The notes beneath the pieces were generated by a model. It saw nothing but the letters and a program-made list of their open reading frames with translations. It searched no databases and was not told where the DNA came from. From an uncultured Chitinophagaceae bacterium (lineage in GTDB: Bacteria > Bacteroidota > Ignavibacteria > UBA10030 > UBA8401): DNA of 64,000 nucleotides. The position numbers and the translations under genes are program-made. Location of the stretch: positions 52,970-116,969 of the forward strand of contig CAYIXI010000002.1 of assembly GCA_964367235.1 (NCBI GenBank), read 5' to 3'. Positions 20,535 to 28,809 of the stretch are shown here, in pieces; positions within the stretch are counted from its first letter, which is position 1, and every line of letters begins with the position of its first letter.

Positions 20535-21553
20535 ATTTTAATCCTTTTTACATATTGTGTTTCGTAATATTTTTGGTATTCGCCACTTGTAACATTTTCC
20601 CACCAATTTTTATTTTCCAAATACCATTTTATAGTTTTTGGCAAACCATTTTCAAATGTAGTTTTCGGCTCCCACCCTAATTCATTTTTTAATTTTGTCG
20701 CATCCATTGCGTATCGTTTGTCGTGCCCAGGTCTATCTTTAACAAAAGTAATCAGCGACTCAGGTTTTCCAATTTCATTTAAAATAAATTTTACAATTTC
20801 AATATTTCGCCATTCATTATTTCCACCGATGTTATAAACCTCACCAATTTTTCCATTGTGAAAAATTTCATCAATCGCCATCGAGTGGTCATCAACAAAA
20901 AGCCAATCGCGAACATTTAATCCATCGCCATAAACCGGAAGTGATTTATCATTTAAAGCATTGATAATCATAAGCGGAATAAGTTTTTCGGGAAATTGAA
21001 ACGGACCATAATTATTCGAACACCGCGTAACGATGACCGGCATTTTAAAAGTGTGCTCGTAGGAAAGCGCGAGTAAATCCGACGACGCCTTGCTTGCCGA
21101 ATAGGGACTGTTTGGATGAAGCGAAGTGGTTTCGGTAAATTTTCCGCTTTCGCTGAGCGAACCGTAAACCTCGTCGGTTGAAATGTGAATGAATTTTTCG
21201 ATTTCGTATTTTCTTGCGAGATCCAAAAGATTTTGTGTGCCGACAACATTTGTTTCGACAAATATTTTGGGACCGAGAATACTTCTATCAACATGCGACT
21301 CTGCCGCAAGATGAATTACTGAATTAATTTTTTTTGATTGAAAAACTTCTTCCAATTTTTCTGAATCTCGAATATCGCATTTTACAAAAGAATAATTTGG
21401 AAGATTTTCTATTTCACGAAGATTTTCCAAATTTCCAGCGTAAGTTAGCGAATCTAAATTTATAAAATTATAGTTTGGATATTTCTTCGTCATCAAACAA
21501 AGAAAATTGCTTCCGATAAACCCAGCACCGCCTGTAACTAAAATATTTTTCAT
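20531..21553 (-). CDS. rfbB: dTDP-glucose 4,6-dehydratase
   Basis: GGAGFIGSNF Rossmann motif, YSASKASSD catalytic motif, RfbB-like length and C-terminus. Confidence 0.85.
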   Translation of the reverse strand: MKNILVTGGAGFIGSNFLCLMTKKYPNYNFINLDSLTYAGNLENLREIENLPNYSFVKCDIRDSEKLEEVFQSKKINSVIHLAAESHVDRSILGPKIFVETNVVGTQNLLDLARKYEIEKFIHISTDEVYGSLSESGKFTETTSLHPNSPYSASKASSDLLALSYEHTFKMPVIVTRCSNNYGPFQFPEKLIPLMIINALNDKSLPVYGDGLNVRDWLFVDDHSMAIDEIFHNGKIGEVYNIGGNNEWRNIEIVKFILNEIGKPESLITFVKDRPGHDKRYAMDATKLKNELGWEPKTTFENGLPKTIKWYLENKNWWENVTSGEYQKYYETQYVKRIKI

Positions 21554-22023
21554 TTTATTTTATAAATTGTATTTAATTCATTCTCATGTCTAATTTCATC
21601 AACTTTATATTTTTTGTTTTTACCTTTGTAAAGTTGATTTGGCATATTTATTACAATTCCATCTTTTTTCCCAACATTTTTGTACGCATGCACAACTCCA
21701 TTTGGAACAATCAACTTTGAGAGTTCTCCCTCATTTGCAAATAAAATCTGGCTAACTTTGTACGATTCAGATTTTTTTCTCATATCCCATAAATAAATTT
21801 TAAATTTTGATGCGCCAACAAAAATCATAATATCAGATTGTTTTTTATGTTCGTGTGGTCCACGCGAAACTCCAGCATGCGTTACCGAAATATAACTCAT
21901 CACTGGCTGAAGATTTTTTTGCAATTCATCAATTCTGTGCATTTCGGCAAGGTATCCTCGCTCGTCAACATTTTTGTTGATTACACAAAATACTAAATCT
22001 TTTATTTTACCTTTTGTGAACAT
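21550..22023 (-). CDS. Cupin-fold sugar nucleotide epimerase/ketoisomerase (RmlC-like or FdtA/WxcM-like), short
   Basis: 157 aa with a His-rich cupin core (HAGVSRGPHEHKK). It is shorter than canonical RmlC, so assignment within the RmlC vs FdtA families is uncertain. Confidence 0.45.
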   Translation of the reverse strand: MFTKGKIKDLVFCVINKNVDERGYLAEMHRIDELQKNLQPVMSYISVTHAGVSRGPHEHKKQSDIMIFVGASKFKIYLWDMRKKSESYKVSQILFANEGELSKLIVPNGVVHAYKNVGKKDGIVINMPNQLYKGKNKKYKVDEIRHENELNTIYKIK

Positions 22024-22195
22024 CTTTTTAAATTTTTAAAATATATTGCAAAATGAAGTAAATCCAACGAACATAAAGTTCGCGCGGGTATTAAACTTTA
22101 GTTTAATACGAAATTCGGTAGCTAATTTATCGATGAGTCCTCATAATTAAATCTTTTTGTTAGCACTATTTAAGAAAAATTAGCTTAAAATTCAA
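22024..22195 (-). promoter_or_regulatory. 172-bp leader between the argS stop and the first gene of the polysaccharide operon. Contains a perfect 9-bp inverted repeat GTATTAAAC-ttta-GTTTAATAC (22088-22109) and a short GC-rich patch (22079-22088).
   Basis: Read directly from the sequence. This is the only sizeable intergenic gap in about 37 kb of co-directional genes. Confidence 0.3.
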
Positions 22196-23836
22196 CTACA
22201 TTTTTTCTGGCGCTGAGACATTTAAAATTTCTAATCCGTTAGCCAACACTTTTTTCGCCATTAAACATAAGGTAATTCTCGCGCGCGTAAGTTCTTCGTC
22301 ATCATTTAAAACTCTGTTCGCATGATAAAAAGAATGAAACGCTTCCGCAACTTCTTTTAAATAATTTGTAAGATGATGAGGTTCAAAACTTTTTGCGCAA
22401 TTAGAAATAATTTCTGGAAAATTTAAAAGTGTTTTTAATATATTTATCTCTTCCGAAGTTTCTAATTTATTTAATGATTGAAGATTTTTCTGCAAATCAT
22501 TTTCAATTCCTTCGCTTTCGGCAAATCTTAAAATGCTCGCAATCCTCGCATGAGCGTATTGCACATAATAAACCGGATTTTGTTCCGATTGTTTTTTTGC
22601 AAGCGCAATATCAAATTCCAAATGCGTGTTGGCGCTTCGCATTACAAAAAAATAATGTACTGCATCGGTTCCAACTTCTTCAATCAAATCATCAAGTGTG
22701 TAAACATTTGCATTTCGTTTTGACATTTTCACAACTTCATCTGCCTCAACAAACGAAACCATTTGATGAATTATTATTTTCATTTTGTTTGAATCCAAAC
22801 CAAGCGCTTCAATTCCTTTTATGACATCGGGAATTGTTGCGATATGATCTGCGCCAAAAATATCTAAAATTAAATCATAACCTCGACGAAATTTTTCTCT
22901 GTGATAAGCAATGTCAGGTAAACGATAAGTCGGTTCGCCGCTACTTTTTACTATCACGCGATCTTGCTCCATTCCAAGTGATGAAGTTTTAAACCAAATT
23001 GCTCCATCTTTATCGTACGCAAGATTTTTATTTCTGAATTCTTCAATTACTTCTTTTATTTTTCCAGTTTCGTAAAGCGAATCTTCATTATAAAAAACAT
23101 CGTGATAAACTTTTAATTTGTGCAAACTATTTTTAATATTTTCAAAGCACCAAGTTTCTGCATATTTTTTTATTGTCGTTAAATCAGTTTCGTTGTCATT
23201 TAGTTTGTCGCCATATTTTTCAAACAACTCTTTCGCAATTATTTTTATATAATTTCCATTATAACCTTTTTCGGGAAAAGGAAAATTTTTGCCACAAATT
23301 TCTCCGTATCGAGCCAAAACACTTTGCGAAAGCATTCGCATTTGGTTGCCGGCATTGTTAAAATAATATTCTCTGGTTACTTCAAAACCGCACCATTCAA
23401 GTATATTTGCAATCGTTGCGCCAAGCACAACCTGCCGTCCGTGCCCACTATGAAGCGGTCCAGTCGGGTTTGCACTTACCCATTCAATGTTTACCTTTTT
23501 ATTTTTTCCAAAATCAGATTTTCCAAAATTATTTAAATTTGAAATTATTTTTTTTGATTCCTCAATAATAAATGATTTTGTAAATGTAAAATTGATAAAA
23601 CCTGGTCCAGCAATTTCTATTTTTTCTATTTTATTTTTATCGAGTTTTAAATTTTGTAGGATTTTATTTGCAACTTCTCGTGGATTAGATTTTAAATTTT
23701 TTGCAAGTTGTAATGCAACATTGCAACTTAAATCTCCATGCGCCACAATTTTAGTTTTTTCTAAAATTATTTCGATTGCGCCAAAACCTAATTCATTGAG
23801 AGTTTGAGTAATCTCTTTTAAAAGATACTCTTTCAT
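22196..23836 (-). CDS. argS: Arginine--tRNA ligase
   Basis: Full-length ArgS with the HIGH-type motif (PTGPLHSGHGRQ) and conserved anticodon-binding C-terminus. Stop verified at 22196-22198. Confidence 0.9.
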   Translation of the reverse strand: MKEYLLKEITQTLNELGFGAIEIILEKTKIVAHGDLSCNVALQLAKNLKSNPREVANKILQNLKLDKNKIEKIEIAGPGFINFTFTKSFIIEESKKIISNLNNFGKSDFGKNKKVNIEWVSANPTGPLHSGHGRQVVLGATIANILEWCGFEVTREYYFNNAGNQMRMLSQSVLARYGEICGKNFPFPEKGYNGNYIKIIAKELFEKYGDKLNDNETDLTTIKKYAETWCFENIKNSLHKLKVYHDVFYNEDSLYETGKIKEVIEEFRNKNLAYDKDGAIWFKTSSLGMEQDRVIVKSSGEPTYRLPDIAYHREKFRRGYDLILDIFGADHIATIPDVIKGIEALGLDSNKMKIIIHQMVSFVEADEVVKMSKRNANVYTLDDLIEEVGTDAVHYFFVMRSANTHLEFDIALAKKQSEQNPVYYVQYAHARIASILRFAESEGIENDLQKNLQSLNKLETSEEINILKTLLNFPEIISNCAKSFEPHHLTNYLKEVAEAFHSFYHANRVLNDDEELTRARITLCLMAKKVLANGLEILNVSAPEKM

Positions 23837-24231
23837 TATTTCTTTTTCTTCGGCGTGATTTTTTTCTTGATAGTAATTTTTTTTGGCTTATCTTCGACTG
23901 TAGAAATTTTTGCGTCGCTCCAAAGTGATTCTAATTGATAATACGAACGCAATTCTTTTTTCATCACATGGATTACAACATCAACATAATCTAAAATTAT
24001 CCAGCTCGATGTTTGCAATCCCTCTTTTCTCCAAGCTCGAATATTTTTTTCTTTCAGTCCAAATTCAATTGCATCGGCAATTGCGCGAACTTGCACATCA
24101 ACCTCAGCAGAGCAAATTAAAAATGAATCTGCCATGCTGGTTATTTTTCGCAAATCAAGAATTTTTACATCTTCCGCTTTTTTGGTGAGAGCAAGTTTAC
24201 TGGCGAGTTTTACAAGTTGTGTTGATTTCAA
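23836..24231 (-). CDS. rsfS: Ribosomal silencing factor RsfS (Iojap family) with a Lys-rich C-terminal tail
   Basis: RsfS core (KKAEDVKILDLRKITSMADSFLICSAEVDVQVRAIADAIE) plus an unusual EDKPKKITIKKKITPKKKK tail. Its stop overlaps the argS ATG by 1 nt (TAATG). Confidence 0.75.
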   Translation of the reverse strand: MKSTQLVKLASKLALTKKAEDVKILDLRKITSMADSFLICSAEVDVQVRAIADAIEFGLKEKNIRAWRKEGLQTSSWIILDYVDVVIHVMKKELRSYYQLESLWSDAKISTVEDKPKKITIKKKITPKKKK

Positions 24232-24234
24232 TAT

Positions 24235-24690
24235 TTATTCCTTCTTTAAAATTTGTTTTTTATAATCTTTTCCGACAACAATTGAGAATGAAACAAAATA
24301 TCCCGGATTTATTTCCCGAATAATTTTTTCATTTCCTAAATTTAATACTGATGCAATATTTTTCGCAGATTCATCGAGGCCAACTCTATCTATTATAAAG
24401 GTTTCTTCAATTAAAAAATTTTTATAGTTCCCGCTTGCAACAACATCAAATCCACCATCGCGCAAACGGTCTGTCATTTTTTGTCCAACGCCCGAAACTC
24501 CACATCCATTTAAAACATCAACTTGAATAATTTCGTTCGACGAATTTTCAATTTCATCTTTTTTGGTATTATCGTATTTAAAAAATCCCCAAACCTCAAC
24601 TCCAATCACAATTGAAAAAACTGCGACGAAAAGATAAATTAAAAAATTATATTGATTTGAGTTTTGAGAAGAATTTGAATCTTGAGTCAT
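24235..24690 (-). CDS. LytR_C (LytR/CpsA/Psr C-terminal) domain protein
   Basis: N-terminal TM helix, then IIQVDVLNGCGVSGVGQKMTDRLRDGGFDVVASGN, a typical LytR_C motif. Confidence 0.55.
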   Translation of the reverse strand: MTQDSNSSQNSNQYNFLIYLFVAVFSIVIGVEVWGFFKYDNTKKDEIENSSNEIIQVDVLNGCGVSGVGQKMTDRLRDGGFDVVASGNYKNFLIEETFIIDRVGLDESAKNIASVLNLGNEKIIREINPGYFVSFSIVVGKDYKKQILKKE

Positions 24691-24699
24691 TAAAATTTT

Positions 24700-25167
24700 T
24701 TACCAGTTATTAAAATAATCATTGTTAGAATTTCCAAAATAATTTCTGTTGTACATCGATGGAACTTTTTGATACGAAAGTCGCATCACCATATTATCAA
24801 ATGGTTGATAATTTATTTCAGCACGACTTAAAAATATTCCATTTAAAGCATCTCCATTTTTTCCGAGCGAGTTGTACGGAGAGTGTTGCAATGTTACATC
24901 CATTCTTGCATTTAAATTTGGTGCAAAATTATAAAACATACTATTTGTGTACTGACCAAGTGAAATTGTTTCATTTCCAAAAGATGAAACAGATAAATTA
25001 TATTGCTGTCGCATTTCAATCCTCGATGGATCAATTAAAGATTGAAAAAAAGATAACGACGCAGGTTTAACTTGCGAACGAAACACACTTATTTGCGCGC
25101 TTTGCGATTTAAATTGCGCAGTTAAAATGCCTACCGACATCAAACAAATTAAAATTATTTTTTTCAT
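24700..25167 (-). CDS. Hypothetical secreted protein (signal peptide; Asn/Tyr-rich)
   Basis: N-terminal signal peptide MKKIILICLMSVGILTAQ. No recognisable domain. Confidence 0.4.
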   Translation of the reverse strand: MKKIILICLMSVGILTAQFKSQSAQISVFRSQVKPASLSFFQSLIDPSRIEMRQQYNLSVSSFGNETISLGQYTNSMFYNFAPNLNARMDVTLQHSPYNSLGKNGDALNGIFLSRAEINYQPFDNMVMRLSYQKVPSMYNRNYFGNSNNDYFNNW

Positions 25168-25225
25168 TTTTAACCTACCTTCCGTATCATAATAAAGAAA
25201 AATAAAAAATTAATCAAATGAAATT

Positions 25226-25975
25226 TTATGCAACATTTTTATTTTTTGTAATTTCTGCTTCTTCAAGTTGCTCAATTGTATTTATCCCACGAACCTCGTC
25301 GCAATCTTTTGCAATATACGCGTTTACTTTTTTATTTTCTTTCCAAAAATAACTAAAAACATCTGTCAAATAAAATTCGTTTTGTGAGTTATGACTATTT
25401 ATATGTTTGAGCGCTTCAAATAAATTTTTCGAGTCAAATAAATAAATTCCAGAATTTATCTCTTTTACTTCTTTTTCCAAATCACATGCATCTTTCTGTT
25501 CAACAATTCCAGTTACAAATCCTTCGTTGTTTCGTAAAATTCGCCCGTAACCAAAGGGGTTTTCAAGCATAGTTGATAAAATCGTCGCTGTCGCATCAGA
25601 TGAAATATGAATTTTTTGCAACTCGTCTATCGTATCAAATTTTAAATTGGGCACATCGCCAGAAAGCACCAAAACATCACCATCAAAATTTTTGAGCGAA
25701 TTTTCGGTTTGCATTATTGCATGACCAGTCCCAAGTTGCGGCTCTTGATTTACACACTCAACATCTTTAAAATTTGAATTTATAAAATCCGAAACACTTT
25801 CTTTTTGAAATCCGACAATTGAAATTATTTTTTGTGGATTAAATTTTTGCGCCAAATCAATCACATGTGCAACAAGTGGCTTGCCACTGATTTCAAACAT
25901 CACTTTTGCTTTGTTCGGATCTTTCATTCTCGTTCCCTTCCCCGCCGCCATAATTACAATTGCAAAATTTCGCAC
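25226..25975 (-). CDS. Sugar-1-phosphate nucleotidyltransferase resembling the GlmU N-terminal uridyltransferase domain only (no LbH acetyltransferase domain). Probable GTG start at 25975.
   Basis: IVIMAAGKGTRMKD...QLGTGHA...LSGDVP motifs match the GlmU N-terminal domain. The track ORF start (26062) would overlap arginase by 88 nt. GTG at 25973-25975 shares one nucleotide with the arginase TAG (TAGTG). Confidence 0.6.
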   Translation of the reverse strand: MRNFAIVIMAAGKGTRMKDPNKAKVMFEISGKPLVAHVIDLAQKFNPQKIISIVGFQKESVSDFINSNFKDVECVNQEPQLGTGHAIMQTENSLKNFDGDVLVLSGDVPNLKFDTIDELQKIHISSDATATILSTMLENPFGYGRILRNNEGFVTGIVEQKDACDLEKEVKEINSGIYLFDSKNLFEALKHINSHNSQNEFYLTDVFSYFWKENKKVNAYIAKDCDEVRGINTIEQLEEAEITKNKNVA

Positions 25976-26889
25976 TATAAAATCCTTTTCCCAAATGCTG
26001 ATTGAATAAGTTCTACTGCTAACTCTGCTGTTTGATTTTTTTGATCGAGAATCGGATTGCATTCCACAATTTCAAGCGATTGCATTTTATTTTTTTCAAA
26101 AAGAGTTTCCATAATTAAATGCGCTTCACGATAATCTAATCCTCCTTTTACTGGCGTTCCAACTCCCGGCGCAATCGTCGGATCAATTGCATCTAAATCA
26201 AAACTTACATGTAAGTGATCAACATTTTTTAATTTTTTCAAAACAAGTTTCATTACTTCAGCCATTCCAAGTTTATCAATTTCTTCCATCGTAAAAACTG
26301 AAACTTTATTTTTTCTGATATTAATTTTTTCTCCCTCATCAAGATCTCGCGTTGCAATCAAAACTACATTTTTCGGATTTACTTTTTGAAAATCGCCAGA
26401 AAGATTTATCAACTCCTTTGCTCCCATTCCAATCGATGCCGCTAATGGCATTCCATGAATATTTCCAGACGGAGTTGTCAAATCAGTATTCAAATCGCCA
26501 TGAGCATCAATCCACAAAACGCCAAGTTTCTTTTTTTTCGATTTGCAAAAATTTGCCAACCCAGCAATTGTCCCGATTGCGATTGAGTGATCGCCACCAA
26601 GCACAAGTGGAAAATTCCCAAACGAAAGACTTCGCTGAACTTTGTTTGATAAAATTTTACAACTCCGAATTATTTCGGGCAAGTATCTCAATTTTTTATT
26701 TGATAATTTTTGCAACTCCGGATTTTTTGTAGCGATATCTCCCAAATCATTTAATTTATGACCGAGCAAAACAAGTTTTTCCCCAATACCTGCAATGCGA
26801 ATCGCAGATGGTCCCATATCAACACCACGCCGTCCGGAACCTAAATCCATTGGTACGCCAATTAAATGAATTTTCATTTTATGATGCAA
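25975..26889 (-). CDS. Arginase/agmatinase/formiminoglutamase-family ureohydrolase (arginase-like)
   Basis: [10 protein letters not shown] and DAHGDLNT manganese-binding motifs, 304 aa. Confidence 0.8.
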   Translation of the reverse strand: MHHKMKIHLIGVPMDLGSGRRGVDMGPSAIRIAGIGEKLVLLGHKLNDLGDIATKNPELQKLSNKKLRYLPEIIRSCKILSNKVQRSLSFGNFPLVLGGDHSIAIGTIAGLANFCKSKKKKLGVLWIDAHGDLNTDLTTPSGNIHGMPLAASIGMGAKELINLSGDFQKVNPKNVVLIATRDLDEGEKINIRKNKVSVFTMEEIDKLGMAEVMKLVLKKLKNVDHLHVSFDLDAIDPTIAPGVGTPVKGGLDYREAHLIMETLFEKNKMQSLEIVECNPILDQKNQTAELAVELIQSAFGKRIL

Positions 26890-27721
26890 ATTGTTTTAAT
26901 AATTTTTGAAGTATTGAGCGTAAATCTTTTCTGTTTGCAACTATGTCGATAAAACCTTTTTCCAAAAGAAATTCTGATCGTTGAAATCCTTCTGGTAAAT
27001 CTTTTCCAATTGTTTGTTTTATAATTCGCGGACCAGCAAATCCAATCAACGCACCCGGCTCTGCAATATGAATATCTCCAAGCATCGCAAAACTTGCCGT
27101 TGCTCCACCAAAAGTTGGATCAGTTAAAATACAAATGTAGGGAATTCCAGCATCCGACAGTCGCGCAAGCCGTGAACTAATTTTTGCAAGTTGCATCAGC
27201 GAGTAAGTTGCTTCCATCATTCTCGCGCCTCCGCTTGAAGAGATAATTATCAACGGCGTTTTTGTTTTCCATGCTTTATCAATTGCGCGCGAAAGTTTTT
27301 CTCCAACAACCGAACCCATCGAGCCACCAATAAAATCAAAATCCATACAAGCAATTACAATATTATAATTTTCAATTTTTGCCGTACCGTATCTTACAGC
27401 ATCGTAAAGTCCAGTTTTTGCAATCGTCTCTTTAATTCTATCTTTATATTTTTTTGTATCCTTAAAATTAAGTGGATCTTTTGAAGTCATTTTTTTATCA
27501 AACTCTTTTAAAGATTTTTCGTCGAGCAAAAAACTAAAGTACTCTGCGCTTCCAATTCTGAAATGATAATTGCATTTCGGACAAACCCAAAGCGCGCTAA
27601 TTAAATCTTTTGTGTGAATTATTTCGCCACACTCTTTACACTTGCTCCACAATCCATCGGGGACATCGCGCTTTTTTGTTACCGAACTAATATTTGCTTT
27701 TTCTCTTTTAAACCACGCCAT
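26879..27721 (-). CDS. accD: Acetyl-CoA carboxylase carboxyltransferase subunit beta
   Basis: N-terminal C4 zinc ribbon ([26 protein letters not shown]) and carboxyltransferase core. Confidence 0.9.
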   Translation of the reverse strand: MAWFKREKANISSVTKKRDVPDGLWSKCKECGEIIHTKDLISALWVCPKCNYHFRIGSAEYFSFLLDEKSLKEFDKKMTSKDPLNFKDTKKYKDRIKETIAKTGLYDAVRYGTAKIENYNIVIACMDFDFIGGSMGSVVGEKLSRAIDKAWKTKTPLIIISSSGGARMMEATYSLMQLAKISSRLARLSDAGIPYICILTDPTFGGATASFAMLGDIHIAEPGALIGFAGPRIIKQTIGKDLPEGFQRSEFLLEKGFIDIVANRKDLRSILQKLLKQFAS

Positions 27722-27723
27722 AA

Positions 27724-28383
27724 TTATTTTGGTTGAAATGAACGAATGTAAATTGGTTCTGCGTTTAAAATCTCGGTTGGCTCAAAGTTTTTTTCAGCCA
27801 TCAATCCGACAGATATTGCATTCAATTTTACATCATTCAGAATTATAAAATTTTGTTGATCAAATGTTAAAAACTTTTCAACTCCATCACCAACTAAAAA
27901 TGAGGCATTTTTGCTCTTCATTTCTTCGAATATATGAATTCTCTCCTTAATTTCATACCGATTTAATCGAGTGAAACTGCCGTTTTCAATTTTATAAAAC
28001 GAAAAATATGCTTCATCTCGTTTCGCATCTATAATAGTGCAAATTGTTGTAGCGCTCGTCGGATTTTTTAGTCGGATAAATTCGTTCGCAATCGCATCAA
28101 GCGTTGGAACTAAAATAAGAGGAATATCTTTTGCAAAACAAATTCCTTTTGCGATGCTCATTCCGATTCTTAAACCGGTAAAAGAACCGGGACCAGCAGA
28201 AACTGCAATTGCTTTAAAATTTGAAAGATTCAATTTCGCTTCTAATAATAACTCATCAATAAATGAAAGTAATTTTTCGGAATGTATATTTTTTTCATCA
28301 ATTAACTTATGAGCAATTATAGTTTGATTTTCTACAATTGCGACACTGCAAATTGTCGTTGATGTTTCGAGTGCTAAAATCAT
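27724..28383 (-). CDS. tsaB: tRNA threonylcarbamoyladenosine biosynthesis protein TsaB
   Basis: [16 protein letters not shown]... is a YeaZ/TsaB N-terminus, 219 aa. Confidence 0.8.
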   Translation of the reverse strand: MILALETSTTICSVAIVENQTIIAHKLIDEKNIHSEKLLSFIDELLLEAKLNLSNFKAIAVSAGPGSFTGLRIGMSIAKGICFAKDIPLILVPTLDAIANEFIRLKNPTSATTICTIIDAKRDEAYFSFYKIENGSFTRLNRYEIKERIHIFEEMKSKNASFLVGDGVEKFLTFDQQNFIILNDVKLNAISVGLMAEKNFEPTEILNAEPIYIRSFQPK

Positions 28384-28809
28384 TTATATTTTTTCAATGG
28401 AAATTATTCGTTCGTTTTGAGTTGAACCATATTTAAAATTTATTTCATATCTTTTTTTTGGAAGTGATTGCGAAATTTTATCAGCCCATTCAATAAGCAA
28501 AATTCCATCACTTTCTAAATACGAATCAAATCCGATTTCTTCCAATTCTTTTTCGGAATTAATTCTGTAAAAATCAAAATGGTAAATCGGGAGTTTGCCA
28601 TGCAAATATTCACTTACCAAAGTAAATGTTGGGCTCGTTACATGTTCGGTAATTTTCAGTCCGTTACAAATTCCTTTTACAAATTGTGTTTTACCCGAAC
28701 CCAATTCGCCATTCAATGCAATCACATCGCCCGCAATTAAATTATTTGAAAATTCTTCGCCAATATTTTGTGTTTCCAAATCTTGTTTACTTAAAAATTC
28801 TTTTTTCAT
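28384..28809 (-). CDS. tsaE: tRNA t6A biosynthesis ATPase TsaE
   Basis: Walker A LNGELGSGKTQFVKGI, 141 aa. Confidence 0.8.
   Translation of the reverse strand: MKKEFLSKQDLETQNIGEEFSNNLIAGDVIALNGELGSGKTQFVKGICNGLKITEHVTSPTFTLVSEYLHGKLPIYHFDFYRINSEKELEEIGFDSYLESDGILLIEWADKISQSLPKKRYEINFKYGSTQNERIISIEKI

Noticed and set aside
21550-22023. Calling the short cupin a definite dTDP-4-dehydrorhamnose 3,5-epimerase (rfbC)
   Set aside because: At 157 aa it is shorter than typical RmlC, and rfbA/rfbD are absent. An FdtA/WxcM-like ketoisomerase is equally plausible. Left as a generic cupin sugar epimerase/isomerase.
22024-22195. Possible tRNA/ncRNA or RfaH ops/JUMPstart element in the EPS-operon leader
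   Set aside because: No tRNA-like T-arm/GTTCRA motif. Only a partial GGTAGC on the non-transcribed strand. The palindrome is reported as a candidate operator instead.
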